From NCBI GenBank assembly GCA_963850305.1, contig CAWKKR010000008.1, forward strand, positions 1,120,001 to 1,184,000: a stretch of DNA of 64,000 nt, read 5' to 3'. Source of the DNA: an uncultured delta proteobacterium (GTDB lineage Bacteria; Myxococcota_A; Polyangia; Polyangiales; Polyangiaceae). Made by a program: the position numbers and the translations under genes. Shown here piece by piece: positions 52,509-62,319 of this stretch; the first letter of the stretch is position 1; every line of letters starts with the position of its first letter. Under the pieces are notes generated by a model. It was given only the letters and a program-made list of their open reading frames with translations, ran no database searches and was not told the DNA's origin.

Positions 52509-52646
52509 CGGACAACCGCCGACGGTACTCTCGGCCGTGCCCTGGGAACAGATAGTCGTCGAACGAATCGTGCCAGGAGTGACAGGTCGCATTATGTTTA
52601 GGCGGCCGGGGCAAGGTGTCTCCCGGCGGTGTCGGAACGAATTTCC

Positions 52647-53159
52647 ATGATGAAGCGGCTGCTGGTGGGAGTGATTGAAGGCTCGATCGTGGGCGCTGCC
52701 CTCGCACTCGCGCTCGAGCGGACCGGGCTTCAAGGATCCCCTATTGCGGCCTATGGCGCTGCCGCGATGACGGGTATCGGAGACGGGCTCGTTGCCGGCA
52801 ACCCGATCTGGAGGGCGGGCGCCAAGACGGAAGCGGGCCTGAAGGCGATCGTGGGGGCATTCATCGCGGTGACGTGCCTGTTCGGACTTCGAAAGTGGCT
52901 TCCGTCCGTGTCGGCGGATCTTTCCGCATTCGGTGCCGGGCGTGGTGCTATCGGCAATCTCCCACTGATAGCGCTCCCACTGATCGGCAGCGCGCTCGCC
53001 CTGGTATTCGAGATCGACGACGCGTTCGGCGCGGACCCGGAGGCGGCCGTTCGCCGTCGCGTGGACAGGAACTCGTCTGCCCGCGACGCTTCGTCGGCGG
53101 ACTCCGAGGAAACGTCGAGCGCGGAGTCGCCCCGACGAAGCGCAGGACGCGAGGGTTGA
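52647..53159 (+). CDS. Hypothetical membrane protein
   Basis: Several hydrophobic segments. Confidence 0.7.
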   Translation: MMKRLLVGVIEGSIVGAALALALERTGLQGSPIAAYGAAAMTGIGDGLVAGNPIWRAGAKTEAGLKAIVGAFIAVTCLFGLRKWLPSVSADLSAFGAGRGAIGNLPLIALPLIGSALALVFEIDDAFGADPEAAVRRRVDRNSSARDASSADSEETSSAESPRRSAGREG

Positions 53160-53163
53160 GGGT

Positions 53164-53952
53164 GTGCCCGCAGGTCGCGTCGCGCTCTGGGTGGCCAGCG
53201 TCGGCGCGATCGCGCTGACAGCGCGATCGATTTTCGGCGAGCCGTTACCACTCTCCGTCGCCCTCGGCGCAAGCTTCCTCTATGTCGCGCTGATCGTAGC
53301 GGGCGTGCTGATACCGACACTCGAGATGTTTGGTGACGTGATCTGTCGGGGCGACCCCGCAACCGGTGCGGTGGCCCTGACGTTCGATGACGGACCGCAT
53401 CCCATCACGACCGCGCGGGTGCTACGCGTGCTCGAGCGGGCTGGTGTGAAGGCAACGTTCTTCGTCGTCGGCGCCAAGGTGGAACGCTATCCCGACGTGG
53501 TCCGCGCAATTGCGCGTGCCGGACACGCATTCGGCGCTCATGGCTTTCGGCACGACAAGCTTTATGCCTTCTTGTCGCCCTCGGCCGTCGCCGAGGACAT
53601 CCGGCGCACTGCGGATGCCGTCGAGGCCGCCTGCGGCGAGCGGCCGCGATGGTTTCGTCCACCCGTTGGCCAAGTGAGCCCGAGAACGATCGCGGGCGCC
53701 CGCAGAAGCGGTCTCGAAATCGTGGGGTGGTCCGTGCGAGGACTGGACGGCTTGCGCTGGACGCAACCCGATCGGCTGGCGTGGCGAATCGAGCGGGGGC
53801 TCTCCGCGGGCGCAATCGTGTTGCTTCACGACGCGTCCGAATCCGAAGAATTCGCACCAGCAACGGTCGAGGTTCTCCCTCGGCTCCTCGAGACCATTCG
53901 TCGAAGGGACCTACGCGTCGTCTCGCTCGACGAATTGCTGGAGGATGTGTGA
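53164..53952 (+). CDS. Polysaccharide deacetylase (NodB/CE4), membrane-anchored
   Basis: TFDDGP, ATFF, HGFRH, FRPP, IVLLHD. Confidence 0.93.
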   Translation: MPAGRVALWVASVGAIALTARSIFGEPLPLSVALGASFLYVALIVAGVLIPTLEMFGDVICRGDPATGAVALTFDDGPHPITTARVLRVLERAGVKATFFVVGAKVERYPDVVRAIARAGHAFGAHGFRHDKLYAFLSPSAVAEDIRRTADAVEAACGERPRWFRPPVGQVSPRTIAGARRSGLEIVGWSVRGLDGLRWTQPDRLAWRIERGLSAGAIVLLHDASESEEFAPATVEVLPRLLETIRRRDLRVVSLDELLEDV

Positions 53953-53972
53953 CCGACCGGGCGTGCCCAGTC

Positions 53973-54419
53973 TCACCAGCGACCGCCGCCGCGATCCCCG
54001 CCGCCGCGATCCCCGCCGCCGCGACCGCCGCCGCGACCGCCGCCGCGACCGCCGCCGCGATCTCCGCCGCCGCCGCGATCTCCACCACCACCGCGATCTC
54101 CTCCACCACCACCACGGAAGCCGCCGCCTCCACCGCGGCCTCCACCGCCACCGCCACCGCCGCCGCCTTCGCGACGCTCATGCGCAGGGTTGACTCGAAG
54201 AGGTCGGCCGTCGAGCATCTGGCCGTTCATTGCATCCGCCGCCGCCGTCGCCTCACCCGTGGTGGCGTACTCGACGAAGCCGAATCCTCGCGAACGCCCT
54301 GTTTCCCTGTCGATCACGACTGATGCGGAAACGACCTGCCCGTGGGCGCCGAACGCGTCCTTGAGCTGCTGATCCATTGTGCTGTAGGAGAGATTGCCAA
54401 CGTAGAGACGAGCGCTCAC
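53973..54419 (-). CDS. RRM RNA-binding protein with Gly/RGG-rich tail
   Basis: RNP2 LYVGNL, RNP1 RGFGFVEY. Confidence 0.95.
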   Translation of the reverse strand: MSARLYVGNLSYSTMDQQLKDAFGAHGQVVSASVVIDRETGRSRGFGFVEYATTGEATAAADAMNGQMLDGRPLRVNPAHERREGGGGGGGGGGRGGGGGFRGGGGGDRGGGGDRGGGGDRGGGRGGGRGGGRGGGDRGGGDRGGGRW

Positions 54420-54739
54420 GGCCCATCGCCCTTTTCCGCACCCTGGAACTCACCCTCGAACAGCTGCTTGGTGCCAGGCAGCCGTTTCAACGACTCACCA
54501 CCGCGATGTGGCAGAGGCAGACGACAGATCACGACGCAAGACCGCATTTCGGAGACTGACGACAGGCATTTAGCCATTTATCACGTTGGTCCACGGGCGC
54601 AAGAGGCGCTCGCGTGGGGAATCCGGCTGAATTTCACCCGGGGGTAGGGGTGCTGCACCCCGGGAATCCATGGTCGTGGTTCAGATGGGGAAGCGCTCTG
54701 CCCTCGAGCGTCCCGCTCCAATCGCGTGGGTGGTTCGCG

Positions 54740-56557
54740 CTATTCGAGGAGACTGCGCGCGTGGACGGCAGAGCGAGCGCTGAGCTCGGCCGTCAATCGC
54801 GACGCGAAGAGCGAATGAGGCTCGATGTGATCCACGTCCGGGAGCACTCGCCGAGCGCTGTCTCGATCGCCGAGTGTGGCGAGCAGGACGGCCTGCTCCT
54901 TCGCGCCCGCTTCGAGGACCGCGAGCGTCGCGACGTCACCGCCAGGCTCGAGTTTGGCTGCGGACAGCACGCGACGGAACGCGCGGCGACCGTCGTCCGA
55001 GGCGAGCGCACTCGCTCGATCCGAGCGGCCCAGAGTTTGAGCCGTGAAGGCCAGCCAGAGCCCTGCAGGGCGGAGATGGTCCAGCAACCGATTGTTCCAG
55101 GTCGGATCGAGTTCGACGAAGAGCGGACGGGCGTCGGCCAGGCCGGTGAGCGCGAACTCGCTCGGGCTGCCCGTCATGGCCATGTCGCGAACGAGCGGGG
55201 CAACCGCCGGCTCTTCGCGGACGAGCGCCGACCCAACGGTTCTCTCGCCGGCGATGCCGAGCGGCAGCACGAGGACATCCGGACGCTCGCCGTGCGCGAC
55301 GCGCGCCGCGAGGAGCCGCCAGGCAAGCGCTTTTGACCGTACCAGCACCGTTGCATCCGGTGGCAACTCGCCGAGCGCCTCGTCCGTCCACACGTCGGCA
55401 CCTAGACTCGTCGTTTCCATGACGACGTTGGACGAGCTCTCGGCGGCCGCAAACACGAGGGTAAACTGGAAGACGACGAGGAGAGCCGCCGCCGGAGCCG
55501 CAAACGGAATGCGCGCGCGTTCGAGAGCGAGCGCGGCGGTCTGGACACCGACCACCGCCGCCATCGCCAACGCGGCAACGGCCAGGAGCCCAGCCGCGGC
55601 GAGCGGATTGGCCGCCAGCGCACTCGGGCCGCGCTCGGGAAGGAGAGCGTCCGCGACGACCATCGCAACGAGAGCGGCGGTGCCCGGACGGGTCGGGCCG
55701 CGCACGAGCCCCCACGCAAGGCCTCCGAGTCCGAGCATTGCGGCGACGGGTCCCATGTCGAGTGACCACGCCCCGAAGGGCCCCAGGCGAGCCTGGGGCT
55801 CCGCGATATTATTCCCTAGTTGCGTGAAGCCATCGACGCCGAGAGTAACCCACGCGTGTTCGGCAAACGGTCGCACGAACAGGGGCACCAAGCAGAACCC
55901 GACGGTAGTGATGGTCGCAGCGGCCGCGACGACCAAAGACCGTGGAGACGGCAACGCCGACCGAGCGACCGCGCTCGCAGTGATGGCGACGAGAACCACG
56001 GTCGCAGTGACGCGGTTTTCGGAAAACGTGAGCCCGAGGAGCGCCCCCGCCATCAGCGCGTCGCCGATGTCCTTGGTGCGGATCCGCTGGCTCGCGTTGA
56101 GGGCCGCCAACCCGAGCGCGACGGCCAGCGTGGCGCCCCCCGCGGCCGTCCCCTCGTGCTGGAACGACGGCGAGAGTGTCGCCGTCAGGGCGGCGGCAAG
56201 AGCGAGCGGTGGCGCGAGCCGCGGCGTGGCAGCGTTCCGCGCAAGAAGACTCCGCGCGATCGAGTACGAGGCCCGCCCAGCGAGTCCCGCGCCGAGAGCG
56301 CCCACGAGCCCCGCCCGGAGGACACGACCCCCTATCGGCAGCAGGGCGAACAGTTCGGACAGCAGAGAGGCAGGCGTGCCTTGCCCCCCGAACGGCACCA
56401 AGCCAAGGCTCTGCACCAAAGCCAGATCATCGCGCCATTGCGCCCAAGGGTTCACGCGCAAGGCTGTGACGACGAGGGGCACCGCGAGCGAAAGCCCGGC
56501 GCACACGGAGTCGAGCACCGACTCGCGGGCGGGACCGACCGCGTCACGCGAAGACAC
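54740..56557 (-). CDS. Multi-pass membrane protein, possibly DUF2723/GT-C-like
   Basis: Many TM segments followed by a soluble domain (GERPDV); family call is tentative. Confidence 0.6.
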   Translation of the reverse strand: MSSRDAVGPARESVLDSVCAGLSLAVPLVVTALRVNPWAQWRDDLALVQSLGLVPFGGQGTPASLLSELFALLPIGGRVLRAGLVGALGAGLAGRASYSIARSLLARNAATPRLAPPLALAAALTATLSPSFQHEGTAAGGATLAVALGLAALNASQRIRTKDIGDALMAGALLGLTFSENRVTATVVLVAITASAVARSALPSPRSLVVAAAATITTVGFCLVPLFVRPFAEHAWVTLGVDGFTQLGNNIAEPQARLGPFGAWSLDMGPVAAMLGLGGLAWGLVRGPTRPGTAALVAMVVADALLPERGPSALAANPLAAAGLLAVAALAMAAVVGVQTAALALERARIPFAAPAAALLVVFQFTLVFAAAESSSNVVMETTSLGADVWTDEALGELPPDATVLVRSKALAWRLLAARVAHGERPDVLVLPLGIAGERTVGSALVREEPAVAPLVRDMAMTGSPSEFALTGLADARPLFVELDPTWNNRLLDHLRPAGLWLAFTAQTLGRSDRASALASDDGRRAFRRVLSAAKLEPGGDVATLAVLEAGAKEQAVLLATLGDRDSARRVLPDVDHIEPHSLFASRLTAELSARSAVHARSLLE

Positions 56558-56683
56558 GTCCCTCGAATGCCACGCTGCCTCGGTTTCGGCCTAGATTTCG
56601 GCTCGCGGGGGACAAATCGCGCCGGCGCGGCGCGGGGCGTCCGGTTTGCCCCCGACGACCATCCGGAGTAGGCCGCGTCTCCC

Positions 56684-58573
56684 GTGGCCCGATTCATCGA
56701 CGAACTCAAGCGTACTCACGACTGCGGTGCCCTCCGCGCGACCGACGTAGGCAAGGAGGTCGTGCTTTTCGGCTGGGTTTCGCGCCGCCGTGACCACGGC
56801 GCGCTCGTCTTCGTGGATCTACGCGACCGCGCCGGGGTGACGCAGGTCGTGTTCGACCCGGACGTCTCGAGAGACGCTCACGCCGTGGCTGACGCCCTCC
56901 GCAGCGAATGGGTGATCGGCGTCAGGGGGCGAGTGCGTGATCGCGGGCAGCAATTCAGTCAGAAGAAGGGCGAAATGGTCAGCGCCGCGAACCCGAATCT
57001 CCCGACCGGGACGATCGAGGTCGAGGTTCTCGAGGCGACCGTCTTCAACAAATCCGAGACCCCGCCCTTCGAGCTGGAAGACGACAGCAACACGCGAGAG
57101 GACGTACGCCTCGCATACCGCTATCTGGACCTCCGGCGCGCACCGCTTCAGGAAGCGCTCCGGATGCGTCACGTGATCAGCCAGACGACTCGCTCGTATC
57201 TCGCCGACCAGGGCTGCCTGGAAATCGAGACTCCCTTCTTGGTGAAATACACGCCGGGCGGGGCACGAAATTTCCTGGTGCCTTCGCGCCTGACACCCGG
57301 ATCGTTCTACGCGCTCGCGGAGAGCCCTCAGCTGTTCAAACAGCTCTCGATGGTCGCGGGCTACGATCGCTATTTCCAGATCGTGCGCTGCTTCCGCGAC
57401 GAAGATTTGCGCCTCGATCGTCAGCCCGAATTCACTCAGATCGACATCGAGATGTCATTCGTGAATCAGGACGACGTGTTCGCGTTGATAGAAGGGTTGG
57501 TTTTCTCGGTGTGGAAGAAGGCGCTCGGCGTCGACCTTCACGAGCTGTTCCCGAGCGGCCATTTCCCACGCATGGGCTTCGGCGACTCGATGCGGGACTA
57601 CGGAAACGATAAGCCTGATCTGCGGTTCGACATGAAACACGTCGACTTGACGGATCTGGTGATCGAACACGACGGCGGAGGCATTCCCCTCTTTCAGCCG
57701 ATCGCGGAGAAGTTCACGACGGGGGCCTACCGTCGTGATCTGCCACAGGAGATCGTCAAGGCACTGGTCGTACCGGCAGCAGCCAACTTCTCGCGCGCCG
57801 ATGGGGACAAGCTGGAACAGCTTGCCAAGAGCATGGGTGCGGGCGGCCTCGCGCGCGCAAAGGTTGCCGCCGACGGCTCGTGGACTCAATCACCTTTGAC
57901 CAAGAGCGTCACGACCGCGATGCGCGAAGCCGTCAACCGGGCAACGGGCGCGAAGGACGGGGATCTCATCTGCTTTCAGTTCGGGCGCGCGAGCCTGGTT
58001 CATACCGTCCTTGCGAACCTTCGCGTTCACGTAGCCAAGCGGATGGGGATCGTTCCCGAAAGCGGGCACGGCGGGAAATGGAAGTTCCTGTGGGTCGTGA
58101 ACCCTCCGCTCTTCGAGTACGACGAAGAACGGAACGGCTGGGTCGCCGCACACCACGCCTTCACGCGCCCGCACGACGAACACGTGGACCTCGTCGAGAC
58201 CGATCCAGGGAAGGTACTCTGTTATCGATACGACCTCGTGCTGAACGGGTTCGAGCTAGGCGGTGGCTCGATCCGCCTGCATGATCCGATTGTTCAGGCG
58301 AAGGTTTTTCGCGCGCTCGGCATTGGTGACGAAGAGGCTCACGAGAAATTTGGATTCCTGCTGAAAGCCCTCCGCTATGGAGCTCCACCCCACGGCGGCA
58401 TTGCTCTCGGGCTCGATCGATTGACCATGTTACTTGCCGGACGCGAGAGCTTGCGGGATGTGATTGCCTTCCCGAAGACGCAAAAAGGCTCGGACCCGAT
58501 GACGGATGCCCCGAATCCGGTCAGCGCAGAACAACTCGCCGAGCTCCACATCCGTACCGTGGGCTCCGAATGA
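56684..58573 (+). CDS. aspS: Aspartate-tRNA ligase
   Basis: RRDHGALVFVDLRD, YRYLDLRR, SPQLFKQL, CFRDEDLR.DRQPEFTQID, GAPPHGGIALGLDR. Confidence 0.98.
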   Translation: MARFIDELKRTHDCGALRATDVGKEVVLFGWVSRRRDHGALVFVDLRDRAGVTQVVFDPDVSRDAHAVADALRSEWVIGVRGRVRDRGQQFSQKKGEMVSAANPNLPTGTIEVEVLEATVFNKSETPPFELEDDSNTREDVRLAYRYLDLRRAPLQEALRMRHVISQTTRSYLADQGCLEIETPFLVKYTPGGARNFLVPSRLTPGSFYALAESPQLFKQLSMVAGYDRYFQIVRCFRDEDLRLDRQPEFTQIDIEMSFVNQDDVFALIEGLVFSVWKKALGVDLHELFPSGHFPRMGFGDSMRDYGNDKPDLRFDMKHVDLTDLVIEHDGGGIPLFQPIAEKFTTGAYRRDLPQEIVKALVVPAAANFSRADGDKLEQLAKSMGAGGLARAKVAADGSWTQSPLTKSVTTAMREAVNRATGAKDGDLICFQFGRASLVHTVLANLRVHVAKRMGIVPESGHGGKWKFLWVVNPPLFEYDEERNGWVAAHHAFTRPHDEHVDLVETDPGKVLCYRYDLVLNGFELGGGSIRLHDPIVQAKVFRALGIGDEEAHEKFGFLLKALRYGAPPHGGIALGLDRLTMLLAGRESLRDVIAFPKTQKGSDPMTDAPNPVSAEQLAELHIRTVGSE

Positions 58574-58616
58574 GCCATTGACTCGACCCGCCGAAAACAG
58601 GGAAAAGGCGGAGAAG

Positions 58617-60014
58617 GTGAGCACGCGCGTCCTCGTCGTCGACGACAGTCCCACCATCCGCAAAGTGGTCGCGGCGATTCTCGGCGAGCAGGGCTACGAG
58701 ACGCTCACGGCGGAGAACGGCGACGACGCTCTCGGCAAGCTCCGGCGGGAGAAAGTCGATCTCGTGCTGACCGACTTCGTGATGCCGAAGATGAACGGCT
58801 ATCAGTTCTGTCGAGAGGTGCGCGGCGATCCGGCGTTGAGGGACCTGCCGATCGTACTGATGAGCGCGAAGGGCGACAAGATCCGTGGTCAGTTCGTCGA
58901 ACAGACCGGAGCCATGGACGCCATCACGAAGCCGTTCGATCCGTTGGCCCTCGTCGCCGTGATCGAGAACGCGCTCTCGCGACACGAGTCCGGTGCCCAC
59001 AAATCCGAACCACCCCCGTCGTCGGAGCAGCAGCAAACGCTCGAGCCTCCGAGCATGGAACTGTCGCCCTCGGACCTTCAGCTCAGTGACGACCCGGGCC
59101 TGAGGCGGGCGCAGGTCGCGCAGCATTTCGGAAACGCGCTCGCGAAGATCGTATCGCGCGCGCCGGCGTCGGACGGCGTCCAGCCGGGACCCGACGAGAA
59201 GATCACGACCGCGATTCGGAGAGCAGTCACGCCCGAGAGTCTCGGGAAGCTGGCCGGGTTGCTCCGACTCCTGGATTTCGGCGAGGACTCACGAGCGATT
59301 CTCTCCGGAGATCTGTCCTGCATCTCGATCGCCGAAGTGCTCCAGATGCTCGAACTCCAGCGCCAGACGGGTGCGCTTGGAATCGCGTCACCAAGCGCGG
59401 AAATCACACTCTATATCCGCGATGGAATGCTGGACTTGGCTCAAGGGCGAGGGCTTCCGGTCTCCTTCCGGCTCGGGCGCTACCTCGTACAGAGCGGCGC
59501 GCTCACACGCGAGGAGCTTGCGCATTTTCTCGAGAATCGCGCCGGGTCCAAGCGACTCATCGGCGACGCGCTCGTTCAGCTCGACATGGTGACGGAGGCG
59601 CAGGTCACGGGCGCGCTGAAGATGCAAACGAGCGAGCTCGTGTACGAGGTGGTCAGCTGGAAGCAAGGGCGCTTCACCTTCACACGCGGAGCGACGTGCC
59701 CGGAAGCGACGTTGACGCCATTGGGTCTCACGCCCGGCGGCATCGTGATGGAGGGGTTTCGGCGCGTGGACGAGTGGCGATTGGTCGAGGGCAGCTTCGA
59801 TTTCGACGACGCTCTCGCGCGCGACACGGCGGCCATCGAGAGACTCGCCGGTTCGACGGAACTCACCGAGACGGAACGCGAGGTGCTCGGCATGATCGAC
59901 GGCCAGCGGACGGTGCGCCAGGTGGTCGATCTCGTTCAGGCGAGTACGTTCGACGTATGCAAGATCCTCTACCAGCTATTGAACTCGAAGCTCGTTCGGC
60001 GCCACGCTATCTGA
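58617..60014 (+). CDS. Response regulator with DUF4388 domain
   Basis: Receiver VDDS/TDFVMP/KPF; LSGDLSCISIAEVLQML...QTGAL; WKQGRFTF; MEGFRRVDEW. Confidence 0.88.
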   Translation: MSTRVLVVDDSPTIRKVVAAILGEQGYETLTAENGDDALGKLRREKVDLVLTDFVMPKMNGYQFCREVRGDPALRDLPIVLMSAKGDKIRGQFVEQTGAMDAITKPFDPLALVAVIENALSRHESGAHKSEPPPSSEQQQTLEPPSMELSPSDLQLSDDPGLRRAQVAQHFGNALAKIVSRAPASDGVQPGPDEKITTAIRRAVTPESLGKLAGLLRLLDFGEDSRAILSGDLSCISIAEVLQMLELQRQTGALGIASPSAEITLYIRDGMLDLAQGRGLPVSFRLGRYLVQSGALTREELAHFLENRAGSKRLIGDALVQLDMVTEAQVTGALKMQTSELVYEVVSWKQGRFTFTRGATCPEATLTPLGLTPGGIVMEGFRRVDEWRLVEGSFDFDDALARDTAAIERLAGSTELTETEREVLGMIDGQRTVRQVVDLVQASTFDVCKILYQLLNSKLVRRHAI

Positions 60015-60098
60015 CCTCGCCGTCGCTGAAAGAGAGAGGGAATTTTTGGGCACTTGCGGCGCGGCGAGCCAGGGATGATTCTTTGCGGAAGACGCCAG

Positions 60099-60581
60099 AT
60101 GCTCGCCTCTCGACTCATTCCAGGCGACCGAGCCGCCGTCGAGGCCGTGGCGCGGGTCACCCATGCCTCGATCGACGTCGACACCGAACTGGGTCACCCA
60201 TGGGCGCTGTTCTGGGTCGCGCGCGCGGTGCCCGAAGACGCCGTGGTCGCGTTTCTGCTCGCATGGGCCGTTGCCGACGAGCTTCATCTCATTCACATCG
60301 CGACCGAGCCTGCCGCGAGGCGTCGTGGCGCCGCGCGGGCGATGATGACCGCGCTGCTTGCTCACGCTGCGTCGAACCGAACCCGTCTCGTGCTACTCGA
60401 GGTGCGAAGGTCGAACCGAGCTGCGATCAGGCTATATCGTGGATTCGGATTTACCGCGATGGGCGTCCGGCGCACCTATTACACGGACGGAGAAGACGCG
60501 ATCGAGATGATGCTCACGCTGGATCCCACCACCGGCAACGTCAGGCCGGGCCGTGACGAAGTGCAGCTGGCGGAAGCATGA
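60099..60581 (+). CDS. rimI: Ribosomal-protein-alanine N-acetyltransferase
   Basis: DELHLIHIAT, LLEVRRSNRAAIRLY..FGF...GVRRTYY.DGEDA. Confidence 0.9.
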   Translation: MLASRLIPGDRAAVEAVARVTHASIDVDTELGHPWALFWVARAVPEDAVVAFLLAWAVADELHLIHIATEPAARRRGAARAMMTALLAHAASNRTRLVLLEVRRSNRAAIRLYRGFGFTAMGVRRTYYTDGEDAIEMMLTLDPTTGNVRPGRDEVQLAEA

Positions 60582-61414
60582 CGTCCACGAATCCGAAATG
60601 CATACGCGAGCTTCTCACCGTGCCGCTCCTGCGACGGGAGAGCATCGGCGAGCAGTATCATGTGCTGACGTTCGAAGCGCCGCACCCGGTTGCGGCGGAA
60701 CCCGGCCAGTTCGCGATGATCCGGGGCGCGTCGTGGGGAGAGGCGCCGCTCCTGGCGCGTCCCATGAGCTATCTGAGCGGCGGGACGACGCCGAGCTTGC
60801 TCATCAAAGTGCTTGGGGAAGGGACTCGACGCATGGCGCGCGCGGTCCCCGGAGAACCGTTCACCCTACTCGGGCCGCTCGGAAATACGTGGCGCCCGCC
60901 AACCGTCGCGCGCCGCCCGGTCCTCGTCGCGGGCGGCGTCGGGATTGCGCCGCTGCTATTCTTCGCGACCGCGCTCAAGTCCCAGGGGAGTCGACCGCTG
61001 GCGCTTTACGGCGGTCGAACGGCTCGTGACTTGCCGCTCGAGGACGAACTCTCGAAGGTCGCTGACGTCCAGCTGACGACGGAAGACGGGTCGCGCGGCA
61101 GGCGCGGACGAGTGACGGACTTGCTGGCGGGGCTGTTGTCGAAGGACAACGACGTCTATACGTGCGGGCCCCATGGAATGATGGCGAGCGTGGCGGCGCT
61201 ATGCGCCGCTCGTGACGTGCCATGCGAGGCGTCGCTCGAGACGCCGATGGCCTGTGGCTATGGCGTGTGCCTCGGCTGCCCCGTGCCGACGACGGCCGGG
61301 ACTTATCTTTATGCATGCGTGCAGGGACCCTGCGTCGACGCCAGGACCGTCGCGTGGAACGAGGCCGACCTCGCGGCGCCTCGCAAGAGCCAGTTGGCGG
61401 GGAGCAAGTCGTGA
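60578..61414 (+). CDS. pyrK: Dihydroorotate dehydrogenase electron-transfer subunit
   Basis: PGQF, RPMS, GGVGIAP, CGP, MACGYGVCLGC...CVQGP. Confidence 0.92.
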   Translation: MTSTNPKCIRELLTVPLLRRESIGEQYHVLTFEAPHPVAAEPGQFAMIRGASWGEAPLLARPMSYLSGGTTPSLLIKVLGEGTRRMARAVPGEPFTLLGPLGNTWRPPTVARRPVLVAGGVGIAPLLFFATALKSQGSRPLALYGGRTARDLPLEDELSKVADVQLTTEDGSRGRRGRVTDLLAGLLSKDNDVYTCGPHGMMASVAALCAARDVPCEASLETPMACGYGVCLGCPVPTTAGTYLYACVQGPCVDARTVAWNEADLAAPRKSQLAGSKS

Positions 61415-62319
61415 CCGATCAGACCGTAACGATCGGGTCGCTCACCCTGAAGAACCCGGTGCTTACGGCGTCCGGATGCTTTGGGTACGGCCTCGAGTAC
61501 GACGACTTCTTCGACGTCGCGACGCTCGGTGGCATTTGCACGAAGGGGCTCAGTTTGCATCCGCGCCTCGGGAATCCGCCGGCACGTATCTGCGAGACCG
61601 GCGCAGGCATGCTGAACGCGATCGGCCTCGCGAACGTAGGCGTGGAGGCGTTCTGCACGGAGAAGCTGCCGACCTTGCGCCGTCGCGGCGTCACCGTCGT
61701 CGCGAACATCTTCGCGAGCAGCGTAGAGGACTTCGTGAAGATCGCACAGCGCCTCGATGAGGACACCGGTGTCGCGGCGATCGAGCTCAACGTCTCCTGC
61801 CCGAACGTGAAAGAAGGCGGGATCGAATTCGGCAAGGACGCCCGCATGTGTGCACGGGTCACCGGCGCAGTGAGAAAGACGACGACGCTCCCCATCTGGG
61901 TAAAGATGAGCCCGGAAGCGAGCGACATCGTCGCGGTGGCGCGCGCCTGCGAGGACGTCGGGGCCGATGCCATCACCGCGATCAACACGATCCGCGGAGT
62001 CTCCATCGACGTGGAGCGACAGCGAGCGGTACTCGCAAACGCGACGGGCGGGCTCAGCGGGCCTGCGCTGCGGCCGATTGCGGTGCGGATCGTCTGGGAG
62101 CTGGCAGGCACGATCTCGATTCCCATCATCGGGATCGGTGGCACGTCGACGGCGCGCGACGCCATCGAGTTCCTTCTCGCCGGAGCGACGGCGGTCCAGG
62201 TCGGAACAGCGAACTTCTCCGATCCCTGCGCGGCGAGAGACGTCGCTTCGGGGATCAGGGACTACTGCGAACTTCGTGGACTCGCGGCGCGCGAGCTAGT
62301 CGGGCGGGCGCGACAATGA
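61411..62319 (+). CDS. pyrD: Dihydroorotate dehydrogenase class 1B, catalytic subunit
   Basis: KNPVLTASG, GMLNAIGLAN, ELNVSCPN, INT, GGLSGPA, AVQVGTA. Confidence 0.95.
   Translation: MTDQTVTIGSLTLKNPVLTASGCFGYGLEYDDFFDVATLGGICTKGLSLHPRLGNPPARICETGAGMLNAIGLANVGVEAFCTEKLPTLRRRGVTVVANIFASSVEDFVKIAQRLDEDTGVAAIELNVSCPNVKEGGIEFGKDARMCARVTGAVRKTTTLPIWVKMSPEASDIVAVARACEDVGADAITAINTIRGVSIDVERQRAVLANATGGLSGPALRPIAVRIVWELAGTISIPIIGIGGTSTARDAIEFLLAGATAVQVGTANFSDPCAARDVASGIRDYCELRGLAARELVGRARQ

Noticed and set aside
52560..52576. Sigma-54 promoter-like TGGCACG upstream of the MBOAT gene (minus strand)
   Set aside because: The -12 element reads GTTC rather than TTGC, so the conserved GC is missing
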